Counted from the stretch's first letter, positions 48,796-59,825 are shown. The stretch is 64,000 bases of DNA from Deferribacterales bacterium (GCA_050251945.1 JBFWLW010000001.1:32001-96000); one strand, 5' to 3'. The notes: generated by a model from the sequence alone, not told the origin. Program-made: numbers and translations.

Positions 48796-50094
48796 ATGAG
48801 CAGAGACTTATTCGGGTTTAAAGGCGAACCATTTAGCGTTCACCCCGACAACAGATACTTTTTTTCTTCTATTTCCCACGACAAGGCTATAACCCTGCTT
48901 GAATACGGCATCAACAGCCGAAAGGGTTTTATGCTGCTCACGGGACTTAAAGGCACCGGAAAAACCATGACATGCAGTATCCTGCGTGAAGGTCTTAACG
49001 GCGTCAACACTGTCTTTGTGCCCACAGGTACCAGAGAGCCTGAAAAGCTTCTGGCAGAGATATGCAGGGGATTCGGTCTTGAATACACTGCGGATACCCA
49101 CCAGCCTGCTTTCGGTAAACTGATGGAATATTTTGTGGAACAGTACAAAGAGGGAAGAAACAGTCTTATTATTATTGACGATGCAGAGGTCATTTCCGAC
49201 GCCTGTCTTTCACTGCTTAACAGTTTTATGGAAATTGAAATCGAACAGTGCAAGCTGGTGCAGGTGATTCTTTGCGGTACTCCCGCTCTCCACGACAGAC
49301 TTAAGAGTGTAAGCAGTCAGCTCGGTCCGAAATTCACCTTTACGGTGGAATTGGCGGCGCTTTCCATGAAAGATACGGCAGATTATGTCGAACACCGTCT
49401 TAAGACCGCCATTGGCGAGGATTTCCCTCTTTTCAGAAAAAGCTCATACATAGAAATATATCATTACTCAAAAGGCATCCCTTCTGAGATAAACCGGATT
49501 GCCCAGAAGGCAATCGAGATAGCCAACGATAAAAAAGCGTCGAGAGTAACGTCAGCCATAGTTAAACAGGCCGCCGCCATGCTTTATGGTGTCAGCCGCC
49601 GCAGAACAGTGAAACTTCTGCCTGTTTTTGCCGCGCTCATCGTGATATTCGGAGCCGCATATTATCTGATGTTCCACTCTGCGCCTGTGAAGAAACCTCT
49701 GCAAACGGAACCGCCTGTTGCGATGACAGAACCTGAACCGACGCCTCCGCCTGTGGCAGAACCTCAGCCGGTGCCTGTTCAGAAAGAACCGCAGACTGTT
49801 ATGAAGCCGGAACCGCCCGTAGCAGAACCGGCACCTGAAACTATAAAAGAAGAACCTCCCGCAGCAGCTTTACAGCCTAAATACGGCTGTGTGGACGCCG
49901 CCAGCGGGCTTAAAATACGTCAGCACCCTTCAAGAAACGCCGCCAGCATAGGCAATGCGCCAAACAAAGCCAGAGTTGAGCTTGTCAGGCTCACAGACGA
50001 CGGCGGCTGGTGGGAAGTGAAATATAAGGGCAGAGACGGGTATATGTTTGCCGAGTTTGTTAAACCGAGTGAAACAGGGGAGTGTGGGAGATAG
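48796..50094 (+). CDS. ExeA/GspA-family AAA ATPase with TM, Pro-rich linker and C-terminal SH3b domain
   Basis: FGF..EPFS..PD..YFF, LLTGLKGTGKT, IIIDDA, Y..HRL, S.GIP..IN; LKIRQHPS...WWEV...GRDGYM. Confidence 0.85.
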   Translation: MSRDLFGFKGEPFSVHPDNRYFFSSISHDKAITLLEYGINSRKGFMLLTGLKGTGKTMTCSILREGLNGVNTVFVPTGTREPEKLLAEICRGFGLEYTADTHQPAFGKLMEYFVEQYKEGRNSLIIIDDAEVISDACLSLLNSFMEIEIEQCKLVQVILCGTPALHDRLKSVSSQLGPKFTFTVELAALSMKDTADYVEHRLKTAIGEDFPLFRKSSYIEIYHYSKGIPSEINRIAQKAIEIANDKKASRVTSAIVKQAAAMLYGVSRRRTVKLLPVFAALIVIFGAAYYLMFHSAPVKKPLQTEPPVAMTEPEPTPPPVAEPQPVPVQKEPQTVMKPEPPVAEPAPETIKEEPPAAALQPKYGCVDAASGLKIRQHPSRNAASIGNAPNKARVELVRLTDDGGWWEVKYKGRDGYMFAEFVKPSETGECGR

Positions 50095-50783
50095 GAGCGA
50101 AACGGTTTATAGCTCTTACAGCCGTCCTTTTCATCCTTACTGGATGCGGCACCAGAGCAAAGTTCAGAAGTTACGACAAACAGCTTGACGATATCCGTTC
50201 CGATGTGCGTAATATCAGACTTATCACAGATCAGATGCACAATGAACTTGTTACGCTTAAAACCTCAGTGGATGTTGTCGGTGTGAACATCGACAGGCAG
50301 ACCAAAGATATTGAGCTGGCTAAAAAGAATCAGCAGCTCCTTTCGGATTCACTTGGCAATATGAAGGATATGGTCGTTCAGCTTGAGGCGAGAACTCTTG
50401 CTGAAAAAAAAGAGGAACTGGAAAAGCTTAAACAGGAAGAAGAGGATACGCAGATTACCGTCGTGACAAAGAAAGAGGACGGAGTTACGAAGATACAGCC
50501 CTTGGGCAAACCTGCCAAAGAAGCAACCAAACCGAATCAGAGAAAATATGCTACAGGTCCGGAAATAGACACATCAAGAACAGGTTTCGGATATGCCGTT
50601 AAAGATGGTGTGATACTCTGGCGGGCGCCTTCTAAAAACTCGGACGTGATGGAAATCCTCATTGCATGGCAGCAGGTCTCCATCCTCGGAAGTGTCAAGA
50701 ACGAAGGAGAGAACTGGCTTAAAGTCAAAACGCAGGATTACACCGGATTTGCGGATTCAAAATTCATTATCGCATCGGAATAA
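50082..50783 (+). CDS. Lipoprotein with coiled coil and C-terminal SH3-like domain
   Basis: Lipobox LTGC; LWRAPS...WLKV..QDYTGF; overlaps the ExeA stop. Confidence 0.75.
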   Translation: MWEIGAKRFIALTAVLFILTGCGTRAKFRSYDKQLDDIRSDVRNIRLITDQMHNELVTLKTSVDVVGVNIDRQTKDIELAKKNQQLLSDSLGNMKDMVVQLEARTLAEKKEELEKLKQEEEDTQITVVTKKEDGVTKIQPLGKPAKEATKPNQRKYATGPEIDTSRTGFGYAVKDGVILWRAPSKNSDVMEILIAWQQVSILGSVKNEGENWLKVKTQDYTGFADSKFIIASE

Positions 50784-50785
50784 CT

Positions 50786-51727
50786 ATGCTTAAAAACATC
50801 TATCAGAAGGCTCTGGCACTTGAAGTGATATCCCATGCCGAGCTTGAAACTCTCATCAATGCAGATATCGACGAACTCACTAATTTCGCGGAACAGATAA
50901 AAATTAAGTTTATCGGCAGCGAACCGCAGACCTGCGCTATTATAAACGCCAGAAGCGGACTTTGCTCCGAGGACTGCGCGTTTTGCGCCCAGTCTTCACA
51001 CTTTTCCACTGGTGCGCCTGTTTATAAGTACCTTGAGCTTGAACGTATTGAGGCGGCGGCGAAAGATCTTGCCGCAAAGGGTGTTGAACGGTTCAGTATT
51101 GTCACCAGCGGGCTTGTGCCTGACGATTCCGAGTTTGAAAAAATAAAAGAATCACTTAAGATAATAAAAAGATACGGGCTTAAGCCTGATGCGTCTGTGG
51201 GCTGCCTCAGCTATGAAAAGCTGATGGAACTGAAAGCCGTCGGACTTGATGCCTACCACCACAATCTTGAAGTTGCCCGCAGTTTTTTTCCGCAGATATG
51301 CACCACCCACGATTATGAGGATGACGTTCAGACCGTGCGTGATTCTGTCCGTGCAGGACTTTATACATGCAGCGGCGGGATATTCGGACTGGGCGAGACA
51401 TGGGCGCACAGATACGAACTGGCTATGACTTTGCGGGAACTCGGCGTTCATTCGGTTCCTATGAATTTCCTTAATCCCATCAAGGGAACTCCGAAAGAGG
51501 GGACAACTGTTCTTTCCGAGGAAGAGGCGATGCGCATACTCGCTGTATTCCGTTTTCTTTTGCCAAACCGCAGTATAAGGGTTTGCGGCGGGCGCAGTAT
51601 CGTTTTTTCGCATGACAGCGCTGAAAAGGTTCTGAAAGCAGGAGCCAGCGGTATTATGGTGGGTGATTATCTGACTGTCAAAGGGATATCAATCGACGAA
51701 GATATGGAATATATCAAACGCTTCTAA
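50786..51727 (+). CDS. bioB: Biotin synthase
   Basis: SGLCSEDCAFCAQS, YHHNLE, CSGGIFGLGE, VPMNFLNP. Confidence 0.96.
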   Translation: MLKNIYQKALALEVISHAELETLINADIDELTNFAEQIKIKFIGSEPQTCAIINARSGLCSEDCAFCAQSSHFSTGAPVYKYLELERIEAAAKDLAAKGVERFSIVTSGLVPDDSEFEKIKESLKIIKRYGLKPDASVGCLSYEKLMELKAVGLDAYHHNLEVARSFFPQICTTHDYEDDVQTVRDSVRAGLYTCSGGIFGLGETWAHRYELAMTLRELGVHSVPMNFLNPIKGTPKEGTTVLSEEEAMRILAVFRFLLPNRSIRVCGGRSIVFSHDSAEKVLKAGASGIMVGDYLTVKGISIDEDMEYIKRF

Positions 51728-51788
51728 GCTGTGCATTTCTGCGTTGAACTGCTTGCGTCTAAGCGTTTAAGAAAATTCATCGTAAACT

Positions 51789-51999
51789 GTCTCTGCGAGC
51801 CAACGGCGAAGCAGTCTATCTCATTACCCCAAATTTTTTCCATCCATAGAAAAAATTTGCCAACGCTCTATTCGGCAATCTACAAAAATGGGCTCATTCA
51901 GCTTTCAGCTAGTGGTCGGTAAAACCTTCCTTCGCTCACGTTCCATTTTTACAGACGGATTACCGTCTATAAAAACTGCACGAACATCATCCTGATGTT
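51789..51999. repeat. Intergenic cluster of palindromic repeats (family A half-unit 51789-51817; family B 51831-51878 and 51915-51938; further hairpins)
   Basis: GTCTCTGCGAGCCAACGGCGAAGCAGTCT; AAATTTTTTCCATCCATAGAAAAAATTTGCCAACGCT..TCGGCAA; GTCGGTAAAACCTTCCTTCGCTCA; AACATCATCCTGATGTT. Confidence 0.75.
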
Positions 52000-52836
52000 T
52001 TATGCTATAGTGGCTTTAATATCTGCAGGTTTTCCGAAATACATCCATGAAGTGACCAGCATATCAGCTCCTGACGCGGCGTAGCTTTCTGCGTTGTCTA
52101 TGTTTATGCCGCCGGCAGCGAGAACTTTGACGGCAGGATTGAGGGATTTTACCAGCTTAACGGTCTCTGCAACCTGCTCAGGCGTCATCTTGTCTGTCTG
52201 GATGCTGTCTACGCCTGCCTTAACTGCCTTTTCTATGTCCTCAAGCTTCTCAAGCTCAATTTCTATCTTTTTTTCAAGGCATTTAAGCCTTATCTGAGGC
52301 ATCTGAGACAGAAGCATATCCAGTCCGCCGGCATTATCATAGTGAGCCGGAAAGAACAGAACGGTTTCCGAGAGACCCAGCCTGTGTGGAACTGCTCCGC
52401 CTGCCATAAGAGCCTGTACGGAAAGACGGCGTGTACCCGGAAATGCTTTTCTGGTACCGCTTACAACTATTTTCGGATTTGCTTTTCTTGCGGCGGCAAC
52501 CAGATTTCTTGTTCTGGTCGCTATACCGGATGAATATTCCAACAGGTTAAGAGCAACACGCCAGCCCTTATGTATTGACTGGGGTGTGCCTTGAGCTTCT
52601 ATTATCAGGTCGCCCATAGAGATGAAATCCCCGCTTTTAAGCGAGCTTGTTACCGTACATCCGACCCTTTCAAGGACGCTGACAGCCGCTTCGCACCCGC
52701 TGACACAGGTGTCGTGCCTTGCTTTGAATGTAATGCCGAGCGAATTTTCAGTGAAATCCGTAATGGACGATGTAAGGTCGATGAATGGTATATCTTCTTC
52801 TATCCATCTGTCTATGTCATGCTGAGTGAAAAACAT
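52000..52836 (-). CDS. modD: ModD protein (QPRTase-like, molybdenum operon)
   Basis: EED.PF.DLT, LEYSSGIAT.T, TRKAFPG, HRLGLSETVL; follows modB. Confidence 0.9.
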   Translation of the reverse strand: MFFTQHDIDRWIEEDIPFIDLTSSITDFTENSLGITFKARHDTCVSGCEAAVSVLERVGCTVTSSLKSGDFISMGDLIIEAQGTPQSIHKGWRVALNLLEYSSGIATRTRNLVAAARKANPKIVVSGTRKAFPGTRRLSVQALMAGGAVPHRLGLSETVLFFPAHYDNAGGLDMLLSQMPQIRLKCLEKKIEIELEKLEDIEKAVKAGVDSIQTDKMTPEQVAETVKLVKSLNPAVKVLAAGGINIDNAESYAASGADMLVTSWMYFGKPADIKATIA

Positions 52837-52837
52837 T

Positions 52838-53524
52838 TTAAACGCTCCTTGTTTCAAGTTTTCTGAGCAGTGTGAAAAGGATCACCGAGACACCGAGAAG
52901 TATAACGCAGAGTACGCCTGCACGCAAATAGTTCCCTTCAAAAACTGCATTATATACTTCCAGTGAAAGGGTATTTGTCTTGCCGATTATGTTCCCGCCT
53001 ATCATAAGGGTGATGCCTACCTCGCCCAGCGACCTGCCCAGTCCGAGCGCAAGCCCCGCAAAGATGCTTTTTTTGACATTTGGCACTACAACGAAAAGAA
53101 ACGTCGTCAGTCTGCTTTTTCCGAGTGTTAAAGACGCTTCTATCAGGCTTTTTGCGGATGATGATATGGCTGACTGCACGGGTTTGACAACCAGGGGAAG
53201 ACCCGCGGTGAAAGCTGCAACAACAAGGGCTTTCTGTGTGAATATCATCTCGATTCCCATACTCTGAAGGTACTTTCCGAGCAGTCCGAACCTGCCGAGG
53301 ATAAGAAGCAGAATGAAGCCTGTTGCAATGGGAGGAAAAATCAGGGGAAATGATATGAAGATATCAAAAAAGCCCCTGAACGGGGCTTTCTCACTGCTCA
53401 GGTACCACGCTAATAAAATGCCGAAGAACCCGTGCATGAGAAAAGCCCAGAAGCAGACCTTTGCCGTCAGAAATATCGAAAAAATTATCTGATCGTTGGT
53501 CAGCTCGTTCAGAAACAAATTCAT
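52838..53524 (-). CDS. modB: Molybdate ABC transporter permease
   Basis: PLIFPPIATGF.LL, LIEASLTLG, RSLGEVG.T.MIGGNI.GKTNT. Confidence 0.93.
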   Translation of the reverse strand: MNLFLNELTNDQIIFSIFLTAKVCFWAFLMHGFFGILLAWYLSSEKAPFRGFFDIFISFPLIFPPIATGFILLLILGRFGLLGKYLQSMGIEMIFTQKALVVAAFTAGLPLVVKPVQSAISSSAKSLIEASLTLGKSRLTTFLFVVVPNVKKSIFAGLALGLGRSLGEVGITLMIGGNIIGKTNTLSLEVYNAVFEGNYLRAGVLCVILLGVSVILFTLLRKLETRSV

Positions 53525-53525
53525 C

Positions 53526-54242
53526 TTAAAGACCGTTTTTCTTAGCTATTTTTTTCATATCGGGAGTGCCGAGCATACCGATGAACGTTTTCAGGTCTTC
53601 GGGAACCGGGCATCCTTCAAGAGTTGCGGCTGATATTTCAAGGGGTGAGTAGCCCTTTGTGACTTCGATGTATCCGCCGAGGTTGTCTTTGTTGTTAACT
53701 GCGAATGTGATGTTTACGAACGCCGCGTCAGCCTCGCCGGAAAGAACGTATGAACCTGCCTGAGGAACTGTCTGCCCGGGGATAAGTCTTTTTTCAAGTT
53801 CCTCAGCCATACCTGTGTTTTTCATAAGCTGAGTGCCTGCTTTTCCGTAAATCGCTTTTGTAGCGTCCGGAATTGCAATTTTCGCGAACTCAGGTTTTTT
53901 CAGATCTTCGGGAGAGGATATTGTCAGCCCTTTTCTTACGATAATGGCGAGAACGCCTTTACCGATGGGATTATATGATGTGTAGGGAATACCCGATGTT
54001 TTAAGAAAGCTCTCTTCGCCCACAACAGCGCAGATTCCTCCGCCAAGTTTAACCTGAGCGGCAACCTGACCCATGTTCCCGTACATTCTTTCCATTTTTT
54101 TGCCTGTTTTGGCTTCGTAATAGGCAGCCATGTCCTCAACCAGCGCTTTGTATCCTGCGCCTGCGGCTATGCGGAGTTCTTCTGCATAGGCACTGACGCT
54201 GAGTACGGCAAGAGCGAGAACCGTTAAAAGTAGCTTTTTCAT
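53526..54242 (-). CDS. modA: Molybdate ABC transporter substrate-binding protein
   Basis: Signal peptide; AAGAGYK, YGNMGQ, IAIPD..KAIYGKAG, GEADAAF. Confidence 0.9.
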   Translation of the reverse strand: MKKLLLTVLALAVLSVSAYAEELRIAAGAGYKALVEDMAAYYEAKTGKKMERMYGNMGQVAAQVKLGGGICAVVGEESFLKTSGIPYTSYNPIGKGVLAIIVRKGLTISSPEDLKKPEFAKIAIPDATKAIYGKAGTQLMKNTGMAEELEKRLIPGQTVPQAGSYVLSGEADAAFVNITFAVNNKDNLGGYIEVTKGYSPLEISAATLEGCPVPEDLKTFIGMLGTPDMKKIAKKNGL

Positions 54243-54257
54243 GTTTCCTCCTGATTA

Positions 54258-54318
54258 CGTTATGTTATTGACTATATAACGATAAACGTTATATAGCACT
54301 AGGAATAACGCATGTCAA
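54258..54318 (-). promoter_or_regulatory. Two tandem ModE-type operators overlapping the modA promoter
   Basis: CGTTATGTT-N6-TATATAACG (54258-54281) and CGTTATATA-N6-GGAATAACG (54287-54310); minus-strand TTGACA-N17-TATATA. Confidence 0.85.
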
Positions 54319-54339
54319 ACAGTTATTGGGAATAACGGT

Positions 54340-54720
54340 TTAACTTTCGGAACGGAGTTGTTCGTAAACGGGGAGTGGAGTGGAACGACCTTCCGCGTCG
54401 ATGCGGCAGAAGGTGATATTTGTGGAAAAGACCTCTTTTTCTATGGTGCCGCCGGGTTCATCCGCATAGACTATTACCTGATAGGTTATTGATTTTGTCC
54501 CGACGTGTTTAGGTTTCACCTCAAAACGCAGAATGGAGCCGTTAACCACCTGATGCTTGAAGGATATGCTGTCCATGGCAATAGTGACGAGTTTGCAGCC
54601 CGGGTAGTCCAGAGATGCTGTCATCCATGCTGCCTCGTCTATCCATTTCAGCATTGTTCCGCCGAAAAGCTTTCCGTAGTGGTTCAGGTGCTCCGGTCTG
54701 ACGTGTTGATATGTGTTCAT
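54340..54720 (-). CDS. Acyl-CoA thioesterase (hotdog fold)
   Basis: HLNHYGKLFGGTMLKWIDEAA. Confidence 0.92.
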   Translation of the reverse strand: MNTYQHVRPEHLNHYGKLFGGTMLKWIDEAAWMTASLDYPGCKLVTIAMDSISFKHQVVNGSILRFEVKPKHVGTKSITYQVIVYADEPGGTIEKEVFSTNITFCRIDAEGRSTPLPVYEQLRSES

Positions 54721-55652
54721 TAGTTAAGGAAGTCCTGCAATTTATTTTTCATGGCTTTTTTCCGCAGTTTCGCCAATGCGCGTGTCTCAAGCTGTCGTAC
54801 GCGTTCGCGGCTTATCTGCATCATTTCGCCTATCTCTTCCAGTGTTTTGGGCGCCTCACCGTCCAGCCCGAATCTCCATGAGATAATAGATGATTCGCGC
54901 TCGTCCAGTTCGTCAACGATGTCATCCAGAGCAACCTTCAGCGTTTTCGAGATTATGTCTTCCTCAATATCCGTTGAGCCTGATTCCAGAAGGTCAATGA
55001 AAGAGCGGTCTTCGCCGTCTTTGATAGGCGCTTCCAGAGAAAGGTAGTTTCTGGACACCCTGAGTACGTTCTCAATGTCGGACTCTTCCATTTTCAGGTA
55101 TTCCGCAAGTTCATGCGCACTGGGTTCGCGGTTGAGCTGTTTGTTCAGTTTTTCTATGGCGCCGTTTATCTTATAGAGGATCCCCGCCTGTTTAATGGGC
55201 AGTTTAACGGTTCCAGACTGTTCAGCCAGCGCCTGAATGATTGATTGGCGTATCCACCAGACGGCGTATGAGATGAATTTAACATCTTTTGTGTGGTCAT
55301 AGCGTTTTGCCGCTTCAACGAGACCCAGATTGCCCTGATTTATAAGGTCGGAGATGGGCAGTCCGGTGTTTTTGTATCTGTTTGCGATTGATACGACGAA
55401 TTTAAGGTTTGAGAGGATTAGCTTATTCAGCGCTTCCTGATCTCCTTTGGCAATGCGCACACCGAGATCGAACTCCTGTTCTTTCGTAAGGGGCTTATAC
55501 CGCGAGATGCCGTTGAGGTACTGTTTCAATGAGTTTTCACTGACAGGAACAGGTACTTCGACCTCTACCTCCTCAGTTTCAACAGTATCTTCAATCTCTT
55601 CGTCGTCAAGCTGTTCGTTTTCTTCCAGAGTATCTTCTGTTTCTTCGCTCAT
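54720..55652 (-). CDS. Alternative sigma-70 factor (RpoD/RpoS-like, lacks region 1.1)
   Basis: SNLKFVVSIA, DLINQGNLGL, YAVWWIRQSI, TLEEIG....SRERVRQLE; no RpoH box. Confidence 0.92.
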   Translation of the reverse strand: MSEETEDTLEENEQLDDEEIEDTVETEEVEVEVPVPVSENSLKQYLNGISRYKPLTKEQEFDLGVRIAKGDQEALNKLILSNLKFVVSIANRYKNTGLPISDLINQGNLGLVEAAKRYDHTKDVKFISYAVWWIRQSIIQALAEQSGTVKLPIKQAGILYKINGAIEKLNKQLNREPSAHELAEYLKMEESDIENVLRVSRNYLSLEAPIKDGEDRSFIDLLESGSTDIEEDIISKTLKVALDDIVDELDERESSIISWRFGLDGEAPKTLEEIGEMMQISRERVRQLETRALAKLRKKAMKNKLQDFLN

Positions 55653-55671
55653 AGTCCTCTGCCGTTTTCAG

Positions 55672-55680
55672 ATTATAGCA
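55672..55680 (-). promoter_or_regulatory. Extended -10 element upstream of the sigma factor gene
   Basis: TGCTATAAT on the minus strand about 20 bp before the ATG. Confidence 0.55.
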
Positions 55681-55707
55681 CATGATTGCCGAATCCGAAA
55701 TTAACCT

Positions 55708-58311
55708 TTAGGGAAAAATAATCTCCATAGCGCCGTTTTTACAAGTAAGCTCGGCTTTAGCGCCCTGTTTCAGCTCACCTTTGATAATTTTTTCCGCTAC
55801 GAAGTTTTCAACAAGTTTCCTTATGGCTCTTTTCATTGGTCTTGCGCCGTATGCCTGATCGAAACCTGCCTTGATTATCTCTTCTATGACAGATTGATCC
55901 CAGCTAAGTTCAATGTTATTCTCTGCCACACGTTTGGCAAAACCTTTCATAAGTATTTCTGCAATATCAGCAATATGTTCTTTGCCCAATGGGTGGAACA
56001 CAATTATGTCGTCAATTCTGTTCAAAAATTCAGGACGGAAGAAACTGGACAATTGTGCAGTTGCAATCTTCTGTATCTGCGCATATTTTTCCTGCCAGCT
56101 CCCTTCTTTTGCAAACGATTCGTGGATAAGATCGCTCGCTATGTTGGATGTCATTATCACCACGCAGTTTTTAAAGGAGACGGTGCGTCCTTTGCTGTCT
56201 GTGAGTCTGCCGTCGTCAAGAAGCTGGAGCAGAACGTTGAAAACGTCCGAATGCGCCTTTTCAATCTCGTCGAGCAGTATGACGCAGTAAGGTCTTCTGC
56301 GCACCGCTTCGGTGAGCTGTCCGCCCTCTTCATATCCGACGTATCCGGGAGGCGCGCCGATAAGCCTTGCCACGGCGTGTTTCTCCATATATTCGCTCAT
56401 GTCGATACGGACTATGGCGTCTTCCGTGTCGAAAAGGAATTCAGCCAGAGATTTCGCAAGCTCGGTTTTACCGACGCCTGTGGGGCCGAGAAAGATGAAC
56501 GAACCCAGAGGTCTGTTCGGGTCGTTAAGGCCTGCGCGGCTTCGTCTTACTGATTCGCAAACTGCGGCGATGGCATTTTCCTGCCCGATGACGCGTCTGT
56601 GGAGCCAGCTTTCCATATTTATGAGCTTGTCCGCTTCCGCCTCAAGCAGTTTGGTTGCGGGGATACCCGTCCATTTGCTGATAACGGCGGCGATGTCCTC
56701 TTCGTCCACTTCCTCTTTCAGCATCCTTTTGCCTTTCTGAAGCTCCGTGAGTTTCAGATTTGCTTCTTCCATCTCTTTCTGAAGCTGTACAAGAGTGCCG
56801 TATTTTATCTCCGATGCTTTGGTCAGATCGCCGAAACGTTCTGCCTGTGCCATGTTCAGTTTAGCCTGTTCAATCTGTTCTTTGATGGTGCGCACCTGCT
56901 GAATGACATTTTTTTCGTTCTGCCATGCAATGCGCATAGCCGATGCCTGTTCTTTCAGGTTCGCAAGCTCGCCTTCAAGTTTTCCAAGACGCTGTTTGCT
57001 CGCAGCATCCTGTTCTTTTTTCAGCGCCTGTTTGTCTATTTCGTGCTGGGTTATCTTGCGCTCCAGCTCGTCCAGTTCGGTCGGCAGACTGTCTATTTCC
57101 ATACGGAGTTTTGCTGTCGCTTCGTCGATAAGGTCAATCGCCTTGTCGGGCATAAACCTGTCGCTGATGTATTTGTCCGCAAGGTGTGCTGCGGCAACAA
57201 GCGCACTGTCTTTAATGCGCACTCCGTGGTGAACCTCGTAACGTTCTTTAAGCCCGCGCAGAATGGACACTGTGTCCTCAACGGACGGTTCTTTGACATA
57301 AACCGGCTGGAACCTTCTTTCAAGCGCCGCATCCTTTTCGATGTATTTCTTGTATTCGTCAAGGGTGGTTGCGCCGATGCAGTGGAGTTCGCCCCTTGCC
57401 AGAGCGGGTTTAAGCAGGTTTGCGGCATCCATTGCGCCGTCTGTTTTGCCGGCGCCGACGAGCGTGTGCATTTCGTCTATGAACAGCACTATCTCGCCTT
57501 CGCGCTCTTTGATGGTGTTAAGGATAGCTTTCAGCCTGTCTTCAAACTCGCCGCGGAACTTTGTCCCGGCTATGAGCGCGCCCATATCGAGTACCGCAAC
57601 AGTGCGGTCTTTAAGAGATTCCGGCACGTCGCCGTTTATTATTCTCTGTGCCAGCCCTTCTGCGATGGCGGTTTTACCGACGCCGGGTTCGCCTATCAGC
57701 ACAGGGTTGTTCTTCGTGCGTCTTGAAAGGACGTGGATGACACGTCTTATCTCTTCGTCCCTGCCGATAACAGGATCGAGTTTGCCTTTCCTTGCCGCTT
57801 CTGTGAGGTTGATGGTGTATTTTTCAAGCACGTTCATTTTGTCTTCTGGGTTCTGGTCGGTGACACGGCTTGAACCCTTTGTGGCTTCATACGCTTTCAG
57901 AAGCGTATTGAGCGAATATCCGCAGGAGGAGAGGGCGGTTCGCAGGTCATATCCGGCGTTTTCGCCGACACCCATGAGGATATGCTCGGTCGAGACGTAT
58001 TCGTCCCCGAACTTTTTAAGACTGTCAAAGGCGTAGTCAAGAGCCTTTTTGGCTTCCTGCGACATGTAAAGCTGAACGCTTCCTTCCACCTTCGGCTGTT
58101 TGTTAATTATCTTTTCAGTTTCTTCAGTGAGTTTGCTGACGTTAACGCCCGCTTTGTGCAGAAGCGGCGTAACGATTCCGTCCTCCTGTTTTATGAGGGC
58201 GAGCATAAGGTGTTCCGGCATGAGCTGCTGGTGATTGCGTTTTTCCGCATCGTCCAGTGCAGACTGAACAGCTTCCTGTGCTTTGATGGTCATTTTGTTG
58301 AAGTTAATCAT
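55708..58311 (-). CDS. clpB: ATP-dependent chaperone ClpB
   Basis: Two AAA modules ([16 protein letters not shown]) with long M-domain coiled coil, [12 protein letters not shown]. Confidence 0.98.
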   Translation of the reverse strand: MINFNKMTIKAQEAVQSALDDAEKRNHQQLMPEHLMLALIKQEDGIVTPLLHKAGVNVSKLTEETEKIINKQPKVEGSVQLYMSQEAKKALDYAFDSLKKFGDEYVSTEHILMGVGENAGYDLRTALSSCGYSLNTLLKAYEATKGSSRVTDQNPEDKMNVLEKYTINLTEAARKGKLDPVIGRDEEIRRVIHVLSRRTKNNPVLIGEPGVGKTAIAEGLAQRIINGDVPESLKDRTVAVLDMGALIAGTKFRGEFEDRLKAILNTIKEREGEIVLFIDEMHTLVGAGKTDGAMDAANLLKPALARGELHCIGATTLDEYKKYIEKDAALERRFQPVYVKEPSVEDTVSILRGLKERYEVHHGVRIKDSALVAAAHLADKYISDRFMPDKAIDLIDEATAKLRMEIDSLPTELDELERKITQHEIDKQALKKEQDAASKQRLGKLEGELANLKEQASAMRIAWQNEKNVIQQVRTIKEQIEQAKLNMAQAERFGDLTKASEIKYGTLVQLQKEMEEANLKLTELQKGKRMLKEEVDEEDIAAVISKWTGIPATKLLEAEADKLINMESWLHRRVIGQENAIAAVCESVRRSRAGLNDPNRPLGSFIFLGPTGVGKTELAKSLAEFLFDTEDAIVRIDMSEYMEKHAVARLIGAPPGYVGYEEGGQLTEAVRRRPYCVILLDEIEKAHSDVFNVLLQLLDDGRLTDSKGRTVSFKNCVVIMTSNIASDLIHESFAKEGSWQEKYAQIQKIATAQLSSFFRPEFLNRIDDIIVFHPLGKEHIADIAEILMKGFAKRVAENNIELSWDQSVIEEIIKAGFDQAYGARPMKRAIRKLVENFVAEKIIKGELKQGAKAELTCKNGAMEIIFP

Positions 58312-58324
58312 GTCTCCTCCTGAT

Positions 58325-58696
58325 TTACTCCGTATCTATTTTGACCTTGATGATCCTGTTCTCCGTTACGGGAACAAGTCCCTCTCTCTTTGCGTTTATG
58401 CTGTCGGCATGTTCCATTATGAACCTGCGCAGTGTTTCGTTCTGAGATTGCAGTTCTTCCATCTGGTTTTTCATATTAATAATGACTTCAACCCCTGCCA
58501 GATTGACCCCCATGTCTTTCGTAAGGGTCAGGATGAACTTAAGGGTTTCAAGGTCTTCATCCGAGTATAATCTTGTGTTTCCTTGCGTTCTCTGGGGGTT
58601 TATGAACCCCAGTCTTTCATACTGCCGGAGTGTCTGCGGGTGCAGATCGAACATCTCCGACACTATGCTTATGACGTAGAGGGGCTTACTTCTCAT
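58325..58696 (-). CDS. hspR: Heat-shock repressor HspR (MerR family)
   Basis: PLYVISIVSE...LHPQTLRQYER.G...P.RT.GNTRLYS, GVNLAGV; HAIR site upstream of the operon. Confidence 0.92.
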   Translation of the reverse strand: MRSKPLYVISIVSEMFDLHPQTLRQYERLGFINPQRTQGNTRLYSDEDLETLKFILTLTKDMGVNLAGVEVIINMKNQMEELQSQNETLRRFIMEHADSINAKREGLVPVTENRIIKVKIDTE

Positions 58697-58698
58697 AT

Positions 58699-59805
58699 TT
58701 ACAGCCTCGCTTTGTCTATGAGCCTTTGTCTTGCGTCGTCGGCATATCGGTGCTGCATGTCTTTAAGGGAGGTTCTGTCTCCCTCCACAGCAATCTGTGG
58801 TATGCGCACTTTTATGACCACATAAAGGTCTCCGGTGGTGCCGCTTTTCAGGCTCGGTACACCTTTGTTCTTAACGCGGAAGGTCTGCCCCGGCTGTGTG
58901 CCTGCAGGTATGTTCATGCTTATTGTGCCGTACGGAGTCGGAAGGTTTATCTTCGCTCCGAGCGCCGCCTCGAACATATCGACCTCGACGTTCACATAAA
59001 TGTTGTTGCCTTTTCTCTCAAATACTTCGTGATCCTGTACGTTAGTGATGATATAAAGGTCGCCCTGCGGTCCGCCGTTGCGTCCTGCGTTCCCTTTGCC
59101 TGCCACGCGTATTTTTGAGTTTTTGTCCACACCCTTAGGGATGCGAACCTTTATTTTTTCCTGTATGTTCTTGTATCCGCTGCCTTTGCAGACGGAACAG
59201 ACGTTTTTGGATATCTGACCGTGACCTTTGCATGTCGGGCAGGCGGATATTGAGAACGTGCCGCCTTTCTGGTTCATCATCTGTCCGGAACCTTTGCAGG
59301 AAGGACAGGTTATTTTGTCGCCGCCTTTGCCGTTGCAGGAGGCGCATTTTTCGGTACGGTTTACCGATATCTCATATTCGTTTCCGAATATCGCGTCTTT
59401 AAAGGGTATCTGAACGGTCAGGTTGATATCTTCACCCTGCATCGGTGCGTCGGAACGACCTCTGCGACCTCCGCCGCCGCCGCCGAACATGTTCCCGAAG
59501 ATATCGTTCATATCAAAACCGCCGAAGTGGTTTTTAATGTCTTCAAAATTGGCACCGGAGAAATCGTATCCGTGTCCGCCGTTTTTAAATGTATCATGCC
59601 CCAGAGAGTCGTACTGCTTGCGTTTTTCAGCATCCGACAGAACGCCGTAGGCTTCGGATATCTCCTTAAACTTGTCCTCGGCTGATTTGTCGCCGGGATT
59701 CACGTCGGGATGATATTTCCTTGCCAGCTTTCTGTATGCTTTTTTGATCTCGTCCTCTGTTGCGGTCTTTGACACGCCAAGGACAGTGTAATAATCTTGA
59801 GGCAT
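58699..59805 (-). CDS. dnaJ: Chaperone DnaJ
   Basis: J domain with HPD, G/F region, four CxxCxGxG repeats, C-terminal domain. Confidence 0.93.
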   Translation of the reverse strand: MPQDYYTVLGVSKTATEDEIKKAYRKLARKYHPDVNPGDKSAEDKFKEISEAYGVLSDAEKRKQYDSLGHDTFKNGGHGYDFSGANFEDIKNHFGGFDMNDIFGNMFGGGGGGRRGRSDAPMQGEDINLTVQIPFKDAIFGNEYEISVNRTEKCASCNGKGGDKITCPSCKGSGQMMNQKGGTFSISACPTCKGHGQISKNVCSVCKGSGYKNIQEKIKVRIPKGVDKNSKIRVAGKGNAGRNGGPQGDLYIITNVQDHEVFERKGNNIYVNVEVDMFEAALGAKINLPTPYGTISMNIPAGTQPGQTFRVKNKGVPSLKSGTTGDLYVVIKVRIPQIAVEGDRTSLKDMQHRYADDARQRLIDKARL

Positions 59806-59825
59806 AGTTTGTTCACCGTTATTGT

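Noticed and set aside
51731..51922. 63-aa ORF after bioB
   Set aside because: Spans repeat elements and shows no coding evidence
54720..55652. Calling the sigma factor rpoH
   Set aside because: The RpoH box is absent; context alone is insufficient
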